A DNA stretch of 63,844 nucleotides, the filler included, from Octopus bimaculoides (taxonomy: Eukaryota): the NCBI RefSeq assembly GCF_001194135.2. It is 5 parts of 4 records of this genome, joined end to end, with 100 filler letters (N's around TTAATTAATTAA, not from the genome) between each part and the next. Parts side by side here need not be neighbours in the genome. Positions count along the whole stretch, not along the records: positions 37,297 to 59,946 come from NC_068985.1; positions 60,047 to 62,490 come from NW_026416078.1; positions 62,591 to 63,844 come from NC_068985.1; 2 more parts are not named here. One strand, 5' to 3'. Below the pieces are notes generated by a model, which saw nothing but the letters and a program-made list of their open reading frames with translations, was not told where the DNA came from and searched no databases. Both the position numbers and the translations under genes were made by a program. The number at the start of each line of letters is the position of its first letter. Positions within the stretch are counted from its first letter, which is position 1. Shown here one piece after another: positions 51,801 through 63,800 of the stretch.

Positions 51801-52019
51801 TATTCTTTTCTACTCTTGGCACAAGGCCCGACATTTTGGTGGGAGGGGGCCAGTGGATGAGATCGACCGCAGTACGCAACTGGTACTTAATTTATCGACG
51901 CCGAAAGGATGAAAGGCATAGTCGACCGCAGCGAAATTTAAATTCAGACCGTAAAGGCAGACAGAATACAGCTAAGCATTTTGCTCGGCGTGCTAACGTT
52001 TTTGTCAGCTTGCTGCCTT
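51801..52019 (-). mobile_element. SINE family A, full length
   Basis: Head, GCCTTTCATCCTTTCGGCGTCGATAAATTAAGTACCAG centre, standard tail. Confidence 0.88.
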
Positions 52020-53279
52020 TATAACATAAAATACTATTTAATTTAACGCATCGTTCGTATCTTACATAACTTCTGATATTCCTCCGAAATTCTTCGTAGC
52101 GCTTGATAAATATATCCCACCTTCCAGTTAATAAGGTGAATTATGTAATTACCATAAAGTACAAATTTCGTATTCAACTACCAGAACTTTGACCGAAATT
52201 ATCATCCCATATAAGAAACAAAATCAGTAAATCCTGGTAGGAATGATAAGGTAGATTGTTCTTCATTCTGAAGTTATTTATACTCGTAGTGTTTTAATAT
52301 AGATCATCTTAGTAACCGAAAGAGTTTTCATCATATATGGAATATGTACATACGTGTATATCTATCAATCTATATCAACAATATTAATAATATACGAAGT
52401 TGCATTGTACTACCTTTAATTCTTTTAATATATATACAGCGTTACATAGAGCTACATATGTTTCAACTGCACGGATTAGTAACCGTTGCAATTGCAACCC
52501 TACTATAATACCAGTGCACTTTCTTCAGGGTCTTTACTTAATATCCTTCGATTTAACTGTTTAAAGTTTTTCATTTATCTACTCTGCGTTGTATGATGTA
52601 GAATTGTCCGTTAAGTTAGACGCGAACAATCTCCATTTAAAGTTTTGATTGGATAATCACTTATAATCCGTTATTTCAAACTATTCTGTTCTTTAAATGT
52701 TTATTCTTCATTTATACTTGGCAAATGTGCAAGCATCTCAAAACTTGTTCTTTTCTAGAATTTATCACATTACCCTTGAATGTAAAAATCTGGTAAAATG
52801 TAAACACGTGGACTACAATATCCGTATACCAGAGCTACGAAACTGTGAGTAGATTTTTATTCACATATGCATTCACATCTCTACTAATCCTCCTTACAAA
52901 TGCACATTGCTCTTTCTCAGTTTCTCGTTTATACATCACCAAATATAATGTTTATATAATCCCTACACAGACGCGTACAAAACAAATACATGGTTTTTAA
53001 TGACTTTAACAAAAGAGGCAACATGCTTTATTCATTCTAAACAGTGGAAAGGAACAGTTATGCTCAATGCTCAGAGATAAAGCTATAAATAAAGAATAAA
53101 GAGAAGGGAATAGCGGTGACTTTCACTTTGTGAGCCACGGGCAGTCGCGATATGATAGGTGTTTCAACACGCGTCCGAAGGTGTCAAGGTGTTAAACCTG
53201 TAAGACGGACCAATCTCTTAATGTCACTGGACAAACGAAAAGAGAATGATGGACAGATGACGACGGTTGAAATGAAGTG

Positions 53280-54960
53280 ATATACACATACTACAACGCA
53301 ACGTTATACTCAAAACACAGAGGAATAAACTCATACACTAAATACCCAATAAGATGAACAACTCCCAGATGTACCATACAGGCCCGATATCCAACAGAAG
53401 CATACAACTCGCACTACACACATAACACAACACAAAAGAAGATTCAAACCAAACCCATAACAAATCATTCTGATGTAATTCAATGCACTCCAAAAGACAA
53501 AAAAAACAAACAAACAAACTTACAATGTTGCATACACCTCAGCGACACGAAAGTGTAGCAAGTGATGCAGTAGAAAGTTACTTGAAACTATTAGATGTCG
53601 AATATCAATAGCGGTGATGATGAAAGTGGCGAGCTTTACCGTACCTCAGTTTATGAGAGACATGAGTTTACACAGAAACTCTGATGGTAGCAACAAAAAT
53701 GGCGCTAGAACTTTAAGTGAAGGCCTCTCGCTCGGCAGTGGTTAGGTATAGATGCAACTGACCACAGCACTTATCCTAAGACAGTATCAGGAAATAATAG
53801 AGAAAGGAGAAAAAAGTGGACTAGAAATGAGGGGCTACAGAAAACAGATGTTGACACTTTAGGTAGAGAAGAGTATGCTTGAAGTGAGTGAGCTGAGACT
53901 AACAGATCAGGCTAATGGTCTTAGGAAAAGAAAGTGAATGATAGAATTTGAGGTAGAAGAGATCAAAAGTGGACTGGAAAAAAAAAACGAAATAGTAGAA
54001 AAGCCAAACAACAACAGAAGATATACAATTAAATCCAAAGAACCTAAAGGAAAAAATAATAGTAGCACTACGAACCAGGGAAGCACTATTTGCAGCAGCG
54101 ACTTAAGTGACTTAAGTGAGGAAGACCAGGAGATTTTAGATGAGTTGAATGAATCAAGGAGTAAAGAAGGAAAATGACTACCAGCATTACCAGGTGTCAA
54201 AAGAAGGAAGTTGTTAGATATGACAAAGAATCAGATTCTGTTATCAGCAGGATATATACTAAAAATATAGTTGACACTAACTTATTTTCTAGCTACTTAC
54301 AGCAAATGATCAAGTGTCGAAGACTAATTGGATAAAAGTCAAGATAGAAAAAAACTCAGGTAGATTCCCAATGTGGGTTATGTAAATCAAAGTGTTACTC
54401 ATATAGTAAGTGAATGTAGCATGCTGGTACAGAAGGAATACAGGAAAAGAAATGACAACAACCTAGGGAGAGTAATCTACTGGGAGATATATACAAATCT
54501 ATGACTTGAACATATTGATGAATGATATGAACAGGAACATAGAAAGTGCTAGAAGATAAGTCTTATAAGAAGAGAGATATTAAGACTGATACTGACACTG
54601 TGATAGAAGCTCGAAGACCTGATTTAGTAGTAGCAGACAAAGAGAATAGAAAGTGTCATGTAATTGATTTTACAGCCCCAAATGAGGAGAAAGTCAATAT
54701 GAGAGGTATAGAGAAAATATCAAAGTAGCAGTATGTAGCCATTCATTTACAGAAGCTATGGAAAGTGCATGTAAAATGCATCCCTGCAGTTATAACTGAA
54801 TTCGGCACTATCCCTGAAGATATGAACGGATGGAGAGACAGAGAGAGAGAGGAAATATACATAAAACCTAGTTTATTGCAACTCCAGAGAACAGTGATAT
54901 TAGAGAGAGCTATGATAATTCAGCAGGGTCATATATACGCCACAGAACCCGACAAACCAG
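53280..54960 (+). mobile_element. R4/Dong-type LINE derivative: 5' UTR + N-terminus fused directly to zinc knuckle/RLE
   Basis: PQFMRD..SDLSDLSEEDQEILDEL..NIVDTNL, a junction near 54290, then SQCGLC..VTHIVSEC and RRPDLVVADKENRKCHVIDF. No RT motifs in between. Confidence 0.75.
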
Positions 54961-57134
54961 CCTTATGAACCAATGGTTCATGTTGATCCTCTTTAGTATC
55001 CTCCTTATGCAGAAGGGAAAAAAATGATGTCCTATGAATTTTGAGATATTGCGCAATGTAGATATACAATTTACCAAGCCTTTTAATATCCATAATATAT
55101 TCGATAAAATGCATTAATTTAGTGACAAAAAATTATTTCCCTACACACTATATACATTGTGATTAGAAAAATCTACAAATATTTATGTAAAACTAAATTT
55201 AATTTTCAGAAATGAAAAACAACTGAATAGCAATGGAAAGAAATGAACGTAATTGCATCGAAAAAATTTCAGTTTTTGTTTCAGATGAGGTTAGGTTTAT
55301 TAAAACACGTTAATAGAAGTGAAACGACCGTCATGACTACGAAACTGTTAGAGATTGCATCATAAAGAAAGCATTTCATGTTACGAATCGATTGAGTATT
55401 TCCTATAATTTATACCAACAAGTTTATATGGAAAAAGCTTTTGTTAGAATTTTAAATTGCTTAAGGCGAAGATGGGTAGCATCTACTGAAATCTGAAAGA
55501 CTATGGCTATATATAGCCATAGTCTTTCAGATTTCAGTAGAGCTTCTTCTCTCTCTAGATGTGACCTATAAAACGAAGTTAATTTCCCCACACCAGTAGA
55601 TGACTGTACAGTACAGTAGGCAGTGCTTAACGGTATTTGGAATCTTTTTGTATTATCTGGCAAATTCTAATCTCAACAAAAACTTGTTCATAAAAGAAGG
55701 AATTACATTCCAAGAATTGTGGTCATTTATATCTAGTACTTACCTATTTTCGAAATATTCACCCTAGCGTCTATATTAGCAATCATTTTAATTAATAGAT
55801 ACTACAACCAGGTGAGTTACATAATTGGTATTAGAGTGGTGAGTAATAAAATGGGATCGATTAAATCTAATATATCCAACAAAAGACGATGTTAAAAATG
55901 AACGCTTTGAACCGCCAGCCTTGTTAGTATCCTTTCCATTACCCTCGAACTATATACCAACAATCTAATCCCATTATCAGTAAACGTTCTGCGCCAATCT
56001 TTACAATGATTTATCCTTACCGTCAGAAATATGTTGCAGCGTGTTCCTTTCCCCACAAAAGAAAACCTCAAGCATTAGAAATTATCGATATCTCGTTTCA
56101 CTTAGATCATAATAACACTGACGGGTAGTTGATGACAACCAAAGTAGCCAATATTTCCAACACCTCCGCCTTATCTTTTTTTATGACAAATACATCCTTT
56201 ACGTGAGAACTACTTGAAAGCTGCTGTCTTATCACTAGTGAAACCCCCATACTCAGGACGTTTGGTGAAAACGTTGTTGCATCTGGCTTTAACAAAGAAT
56301 GAGCAGTGCGGATGCCATACGAATCCGGCTAAGAAACTATTTCACGTTTAGTTTTCAGTTTTCTACCAGAGTAAATGACGACATCATAGTAAATGAAATC
56401 AAATATCAATCAAGTATACGACGAATGACTAGAATTATATTCTTATCTTTGTTATTGAGATCAAGAGCGATTGACTTTGTTTGAATAGAAAATGCGTAAA
56501 CAAGAAATGCATAGAGATTACTTTTTTCATTCAGATATACAAATTCATTCACACGCAAACTAAATAATTTGTTCTAGCTTATCATTTTCCTGAAATATAC
56601 GAATATCTTAAGCCAACTTAAGCTCAAAGTCGCATCAATGAATTTGCTACTATATCATAATTGAAGCTATATTGTCTTTACAAAGATGGTTCGTATCGGT
56701 TTACGATTCATTTATGAATAACTTCATTCGAATTCTAAAACGATTTTCTGGTTATCAAAAGAGTTTTTTTTTTTTCATTGGCGTCACAACTAGTGTCATT
56801 CAGTAAAAGTAAGTTCTCTTCTCCTGACTTAATTTTTTTAAATGACTGAATATTTTTTCATTGTTTTTAATCATTTTCTCTCTTATATTTTTTATGTAAG
56901 TTCCCACTCAGTCTTCTTATAGTTAACCTATCACCATATTGTTATGAACAAAGATATTTAACATTGTATTAGAACATCTAAAATCTTAATATGTTTTGTT
57001 TCCTATAATATTTGGGAAGTACTATTTAAAATTATTTCTTCCCTAAAATATATCTTCAATAATTCCCCTTTCCGTCCTCTCTCTCACGCTATGTCTTTGT
57101 CTGTCTTTGTCTCTCCCTTACATTTTCATTTTAG

Positions 57135-57178
<44 letters not shown>

Positions 57179-57570
57179 NNNNNNNNNNNNNNNNNNNNNN
57201 NNNNNNNNNNNNNNNNNNNNNNNNNNNNNNNNNNNNNNNNNNNNNNNNNNNNNNNNNNNNNNNNNNNNNNNNNNNNNNNNNNNNNNNNNNNNNNNNNNNN
57301 NNNNNNNNNNNNNNNNNNNNNNNNNNNNNNNNNNNNNNNNNNNNNNNNNNNNNNNNNNNNNNNNNNNNNNNNNNNNNNNNNNNNNNNNNNNNNNNNNNNN
57401 NNNNNNNNNNNNNNNNNNNNNNNNNNNNNNNNNNNNNNNNNNNNNNNNNNNNNNNNNNNNNNNNNNNNNNNNNNNNNNNNNNNNNNNNNNNNNNNNNNNN
57501 NNNNNNNNNNNNNNNNNNNNNNNNNNNNNNNNNNNNNNNNNNNNNNNNNNNNNNNNNNNNNNNNNNNNNN

Positions 57571-57996
57571 AAAAAACAAATGACGAAGACAGGTGGTGTA
57601 GACAACAAACATGTATTAGTTTAACGCTCGGTAAGTGAAAACGTTTGGAGCCTGCGCTGGTCTACAGAAAAGAAGACAGAAAGAACGAGGGAGAGAAAAT
57701 AAAGAATGTGTAGTGGCTAGCAATCTATCATGGTGAATGCCGGACAGAGGGGTCACACAGGAGAACTACGAAGAAGGGGAGATAATAAAGTAGTTGTGAT
57801 CCCAAAACAAAGGTGCGCGTACGTGTGTGTATGAGAGCGTGTATGTGCGTGTGGAAGAAGACTGGTGACCTTGCCGTGTGCCTGTGTACATGTGTAGGTG
57901 CGTGGATGATAGTGTGGATGCTGAGAAGTGGTCAGTACTAGTGTGTGCGTGGTGCTGTGATGTAATGTGGTGTGGTATGGTGGTGTGTGGTGTGGA
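57571..57996 (-). mobile_element. PLE-type 3'-terminal repeat with decayed hammerhead-like core
   Basis: Colinear homologue of 63291-63730. Core reads TTT-CTGTAGA-CCAGC-GCAG-GCTC-CAAAC-GTT. Confidence 0.65.
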
Positions 57997-59079
57997 TTAA
58001 GCTCTCTGTGTGTGTGTGTGTGTGCGTTCGTGCATGTGTGTGTATGTGTGTGTATATGCGTGCGACTTTCTCTATTNNNNNNNNNNNNNNNNNNNNNNNN
58101 NNNNNNNNNNNNNNNNNNATATATATTTATATATATATATCAATTACATAAGGTCTTATTTAATAATAGAAAAAAAACAAAATATTCGACTTTAGGAATA
58201 TGCATTACATGAAATTTAATTACAATCAATATAGAACGAATATAAAACCCTTCTTCCATCATATTTGATGTCTATAAAGGAGTGTCAGTTAAATAGAATC
58301 TACAAGTAATGGAATGGCCCACTATATAGTAAACATTTCTGGAATGAATCTACCTTGTGAATGAAACTAAAATATAGCATCATTATGCAACAGCTGTCCA
58401 AATAAATTGAGAATATGTGTGACGGAAGCATTGGAAGAATTGTTTAACTTAATAGGGGACACCAGTACAAGATGTATAATCGATTGTGAAAAGGAAGTGT
58501 CACTATAGTAAGATGATATAGCATTATAATAAACTACAACTGTTTCCAAACAAACAAGTCCTATGACAATATCCTCTGCTGCTAGCATAAACACAATTTT
58601 GCATTTTTCCAAAGCTGCTCCTAATTACAAACGTTGGAGGCGCCGATGAAGATATAAGGACTCAACTATGAAGCCACTGCCTTTTATAGCAGAAACAGCC
58701 GTACGCTATTGAAATTCATAAGTTAATTGCTTATTGCCTTCTCATCTCAACAACCAAACTTTATGGCTTGTTCCTCTGAATGATTTTGGTAACAATATAA
58801 CTGAACAGCAACGCATCATCAAAGAAGTGCCCTTCAAATAAAAGTACCAAACACGATTAAATTTCTGTGCTAGAAGAAGGGAAACAAACGCCACCAACCT
58901 CCCTGGAATCACCATGATTAATGCTATAGGCAACTGGGGGACATAACTACTGCTCTTATAACTAATCCTCCTGCTACCACTAGCAGTCTCAGATGTAGCT
59001 ACTTTCACTAACAGTCGGTCACTACTACTGTCGATTCATACCCAATTGCAATCATAGGGTATCGAAATACAACACCATG

Positions 59080-59796
59080 TCGTAATCTTCCTTTTGGAGC
59101 AGGTGAGGAGGAATGATTCGACTGCATGGATTGTCTCCTTGTCTCTTGTTCAAAGTGATGAACCCAACACACATTTTCGATTAGGAAGCGTTCAAAGAAA
59201 GTAGAAGGATCTACCTTAATTAAACAATGTCAGATTTCGCCGTGATGTTATCAGGTTGGTGCGCTTTTGATCAGATGTCCAAAGACGTAACACTCAACTT
59301 TCAGAAACTTTCGTTATAACAAGTTTATTGCGCATAATATTCTCAACGTTCTCACAGTATTAACTTTTTGATTTATAGTCAATCGTCTGTCATTCATTAG
59401 TATGTGATGAACACGGTCAATGTTTTCCTCGCTGGTGACATCCAAATCTAGGGTCATCTTTAAGACTTACATTCGTTCACTTCAACTGAGCTGTCCCATT
59501 TTGCACTGTGGATAAAGCTAGACCGTCATTCCCTAATGTAGCAACGATGTCAGCCTGAATGTCATTGGGGGCTAAACTCTTTTTCTGCAGGTATTTATTA
59601 CAACACGACTAATTTTGTCCATTTTCAAGAAAAGTCGCTTGTACTCCTTTCCTAGGCTTTTTGAGCTGTAATGTGTTAGTTTACCTGGGAAGAGGCAAAG
59701 CAGTTATTAATAAGAATTGAACTTAATGCATGCAAGACTTCACAGCTCTGGCATGAATCCTTCAGAGGCCTATGAACACTTTGGCCCACACTCGTA
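59080..59796 (-). mobile_element. Mariner-like DNA transposon 5' half, pseudogenised
   Basis: TA|CGAGTGTGGGCCAAAGTGTTC end at 59796; ATG at 59622 (MDKI); KYLQKK..DIVATLG..LSTVQ; ENIDRVHHILMNDRRLTI; WVHHFEQETRRQSMQ. Confidence 0.85.
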
Positions 59797-59909
59797 TACA
59801 CACACGCATGTACGCATACACGCATGCACACACACATACATGTATAGGCATACATGCACAGGCACATACACATATACATATACATGCATATATCTTTATA
59901 TATATGTAC

Positions 59910-59946
<37 letters not shown>

Positions 59947-61068
59947 NNNNNNNNNNNNNNNNNNNNNNNNNNNNNNNNNNNNNNNNNNNNTTAATTAATT
60001 AANNNNNNNNNNNNNNNNNNNNNNNNNNNNNNNNNNNNNNNNNNNNTGTATTTATAAGGGTGCATGGAAGTAAATCTTCTTGGTTTAATAGAGTCTCTTA
60101 ATGACTTGTAAAGCAATTGTGACAAAACCATTGACAGTAATGATAAGCAGCTAAAATTAAATCTGCTAGCTGAGAAGTTTTGGTCTCCTGCCATGCCAAG
60201 ATAGTGACCATATGCTACTGATTTCCTTTGAAGTGGAACAGTAACAGACACAAGAGACAAGTAATTGTTCAAGTTTATCATTTTACAACATAATTATTTT
60301 AGAATCTTTGTTTATTTTCCTAAAAGTCAAGATAAGTCTGTGGTTAAGGAGGGAGTGAATAAGGGTATTTTTAAAATTTTTTATTTCCATTAATTTATTT
60401 TTGGTATTTTTTTCTCATTTGTATCTCCTTGTATTTCTGTGTTATTCTCTGCCGATACAATGCTCAAAATAACAGTGGTGTGAGTATAAAACAAAGAGAG
60501 ACTAAAGATGATCTAGCAGTGCTTTGGGCCCTACTCACCTGAAGATGCACATGTACGCAATTATTGTTTAAATCATATTAATACAATAATGTGTGTATGT
60601 AATGTTCAGTTATTACCAGCTCATAATGATGCACTGAAACAAATTTAGTGGTTTGTAATAAAGCTTATTCATTCCGTCTTCTCATATCAAAATTCTTATA
60701 TGTCTGTATATGAATGAAAAGATACAGTTTCTGTCTCCAAAATTTCTCTATCAAGGTGTGGTCAACTCAAAGTCATAGCAAAAGACACTTTTCTAAAGCA
60801 CTTTGCAGAGAGATTGACTTTAGAACCATGGAGTTGTGAACTACTCCTCAAGCACACAGTTATGTCTATTGCTGGGGAGGAGTTGAAATTTTCAAAGCTA
60901 GTTTTCCCTTTTATAATTTGCCATAAAGTTGGAATATTCAAGACCAATTAATTAGATTTTCACATAAAAAGATGATTAAAAATGAAATAATTTAATCTAC
61001 ATATCAATGTAACAATCTTATTTTTATATATAAAAAGTAGCTGTACTGTAACAAGCTTATCAACTCAC

Positions 61069-61261
61069 CTTAATGATCTACTTAGTTTTTCATAATTCAT
61101 GTTGTTGTTGTTTTTAGTGAGACCCCAGAGTTTTGCAAACTTTTCTGGATCAATAAATTGGAATATACCAAATTTTTCATTCTCCCAGCGAAGGATTTTG
61201 GGATTAAACAATGAATGTTTTAGGGCTGCATAAATGAAGGCATACAGTGGCAACAATGACA
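61069..61261 (-). CDS. Internal coding exon: N-terminal two-thirds of an ETS DNA-binding domain
   Basis: Acceptor TTTTTTTTATTCTTATTTTTAG|, donor AG|GTGAGT, 193 bp, phase 1 to phase 2. Encodes LPLYAFIYAALKHSLFNPKILRWENEKFGIFQFIDPEKFAKLWGLTKNNNNMNYEKLSRSLR. Confidence 0.93.
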
Positions 61262-62256
61262 CTAAAAATAAGAATAAAAAAAAGCCAGAAAAATTACCTT
61301 TAACAGATTTTCATAAAGAAAAGAAAAAGATCTAGAACAGCCTTCATTTTCATTTAGAAAATCTCTAATTCATTAAAGTTTAGATTATTCAACAAATGGT
61401 GAGAGAGCCTTGTGGTTACTGAACCAAATGAAAGAGATTTGTTTACCAAGCCAATGAAAGAGCCTTTATGTTTCTCTAGGTTCCCTGTACATAAGAAAAA
61501 CCTGGGAAGGTCATGACTACAAGACATTTAATCATAGGTCTGTTGATCGGGGAAGACCTGGAACTAAAACATAAAAAACAACTGTCAATTTCCACATTTC
61601 TTTCTGAGCCAACATGGGAGCAACTATAAGGTCAGTTGATTTGCTGGAAATAGCAACCAAATTCCCTCATATAACATCCTACTATTTTAAAAAAGGGAAT
61701 ATTGGACAATGTAGTCCCTCATGTATAAAAGAGGGGATAGTCAAGATTGGTATCCTGTTTACTTAATAGGGCTGCCTTACATCTATCTACATAGCTTTTC
61801 TAAAACTTCTCAGCTATTTTAATGGAGATTTAGAAAACAGTCCCAACATTTGCTTCTCAGTATTTTCCTGACCCTCAGTATAGTTTCTGACATGCAGAGC
61901 TAACAGACATTTGCATGAGCCAATGAGGGATTTTCTCAGCAGCTTTCTTAACTAGTGGAAAATAGCAGCTAAATCATCCTCAAATCATACTACTATCTTA
62001 AGAAAAAACAATGACGCATTATTTTGTTTTTGTATTTGGTTTGCAAGACTCTTTATGTGAATTCGTGTGTTGAAGCATGTTTTATTGTCTGGGGAGAGTC
62101 ATTCTCTTTTACTTATTCCATCAACAAACAAAGAATCAAAGACAAATCTATTCTGGTACTCTTTGAACTAACTACAGTGTATACTATAATGTAATTCACT
62201 TGAAATTGTCATTTCAGTCAAAATCGTTTTAAGTAGAATATTGAAATAGAACTTAC

Positions 62257-62490
62257 TTGTACACAAATTTTCATTGAATAAATTAGAAAAAAAGCTATTA
62301 AATTTGTCTTCATTCTTGGATGTGAAAGGACTTAGAGTGTCTTTTGATGTGGTTGAATTAAGAGAAGTCACTTGACCAAACATTTTCCTCAACATGTTGT
62401 GCATCCAGTCTCCATAAATAAAATCTCTTTGTTGAAATTCTTTGGGTGTCATCTTTTTTAACTGCTTTCCACAAGTAATATCTTCAAAAT
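62257..62490 (-). CDS. Coding exon of the same gene: C-terminal half of a Pointed (PNT/SAM) domain + linker; 5' end lost in a gap
   Basis: Open frame FEDITCGKQLKKMTPKEFQQRDFIYGDWMHNMLRKMFGQ...NENLCT. Donor ACAA|GTAAGT in phase 1 matches the phase-1 ETS exon (A|TG), giving a 995-bp intron. Confidence 0.8.
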
Positions 62491-62902
62491 NNNNNNNNNN
62501 NNNNNNNNNNNNNNNNNNNNNNNNNNNNNNNNNNTTAATTAATTAANNNNNNNNNNNNNNNNNNNNNNNNNNNNNNNNNNNNNNNNNNNNATAATTTTAC
62601 TTATACTGTACATAACTCAATATTGATAAGAATGTATAAATTTCCGATGTATACACCTATATAATCACCAGCATAACAACGCCTGTATGCAGTATAACAG
62701 AACATAATATGTGCATGGTGACATCTGTGTGTTGGATAAAGATGATTATTGAATGTTCGCGTGCTATTTGATAATTTGCAGGTGTAGCATTATTCAGATG
62801 TTACTGGATAATTTTCAGGTGTAGCTACTATACATCCGATGACTAGTATTAACTAGATAATACAAGGTAGTAATTCCTGGAGATATTTTGCACTACGCTT
62901 TA

Positions 62903-63271
62903 CTCTTTTACTTGTTTCAGACATTTGACTGCGGCCATGCTGGAGCACCGCCTTTACTCCAGCAAATCGACCCAAGACTTATTCTTCTTAAGCCTAGTAC
63001 CTATTCTATTGGTTCTTTTGCTGGGGACATAAATACACCAGCATCGGTTGTCAAGCGATGTTGGGGGAACAAACACAGACAGTCAAACACACACACACAT
63101 ATATATACGACGGGCTTCTTTCAGTTTTCGTCTACCGAATCCACTCATAAGGCTTTGGTCGGCCCGAGGCTATAGTAGAAGACACTTTCCCAGGGTGCCA
63201 CATTGTTCTGGGAATGAACCCGGAACAATGTGGTTGGTAAGCAAGCTACTTACCACACAGCCACTCCTGCA
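62903..63271 (-). mobile_element. SINE family R, full length
   Basis: Reverse-complement homologue of 8149-8603 (GCAGGAGTGGCTGTGTGGTAAG head; CCTCGGGCCGACCAAAGCCTT). Confidence 0.87.
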
Positions 63272-63290
63272 TACATATACATATATATTA

Positions 63291-63800
63291 AAAAAGAAAC
63301 AAAAGACGAAAACGGGTGTGTAAACAACAATCAGATGTATTAGTCTAACGCTCGGCGTGAGAAAGTATTTTACGTTTCGAGCCTACGCTCTTCGACAGAA
63401 AGGAACACGAAATTAAACAGGGAGAGAAAGTAGAAAAGGTTTAGTGGTAAACGATCAATCATAATAGCGAATGCCGGACAGAGGGGTCACACAGGAGAGC
63501 TAGAAAGAAGGGGAGATAATAAAGTAGTGGTGATCCCAAACCGAATGTTCCCGTGCGTGTGTATGTGAGAGAATGTATGTGCGTGTGTAAGGGGGTTGAT
63601 GATCTTGACATGTGCGTGTATGTATGTGTAGAGGTGGATGATGATACAGGTGCTGGGAAGTGGTCAGTGCTAGGGTGTGCGGGGTAGTGCAATGTGCTGC
63701 GGTGTGGTATGTTTGGTGTGGTGTGGTGGTGTGTGGTGTGTTGTGGTGGTGTTGAGGTGTGAGGGAGAGGAGAGTGGGAGAAGCAAGTCAGTGTTTGTAT
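63291..63800 (-). mobile_element. PLE-type 3'-terminal repeat carrying a minimal hammerhead-like motif
   Basis: Homologue of 57571-57996; CA-rich/pyrimidine-rich 3' UTR followed by the core motif. Confidence 0.65.
63366..63403 (-). ncRNA. Minimal hammerhead-like motif with non-canonical CUGUCGA core
   Basis: CCTTT-CTGTCGA-A-GAGC-GTAG-GCTC-GAAAC-GTA-AAA: perfect 4-bp stem II and a loopless, palindromic ACGT in place of stem III. Confidence 0.55.

Noticed and set aside
55789-56565. Plus-strand 13-nt microexon AG|ATACTACAACCAG|GTGAGT (R-YYNQ) and acceptor-led IYKF at about 56535, resembling the missing ETS end
   Set aside because: They are on the opposite strand to the ETS exons, the intervening residues are missing, and it would need both contig inversion and unusual introns. 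Probably chance.
59991-60281. 96-aa minus-strand ORF as the next ETS exon
   Set aside because: No ETS C-terminal motif in any frame, and the ORF is extended by a gap.
60762-60947. 61-aa minus-strand ORF adjacent to the ETS exon
   Set aside because: No domain similarity and no compatible splice sites; likely intronic.
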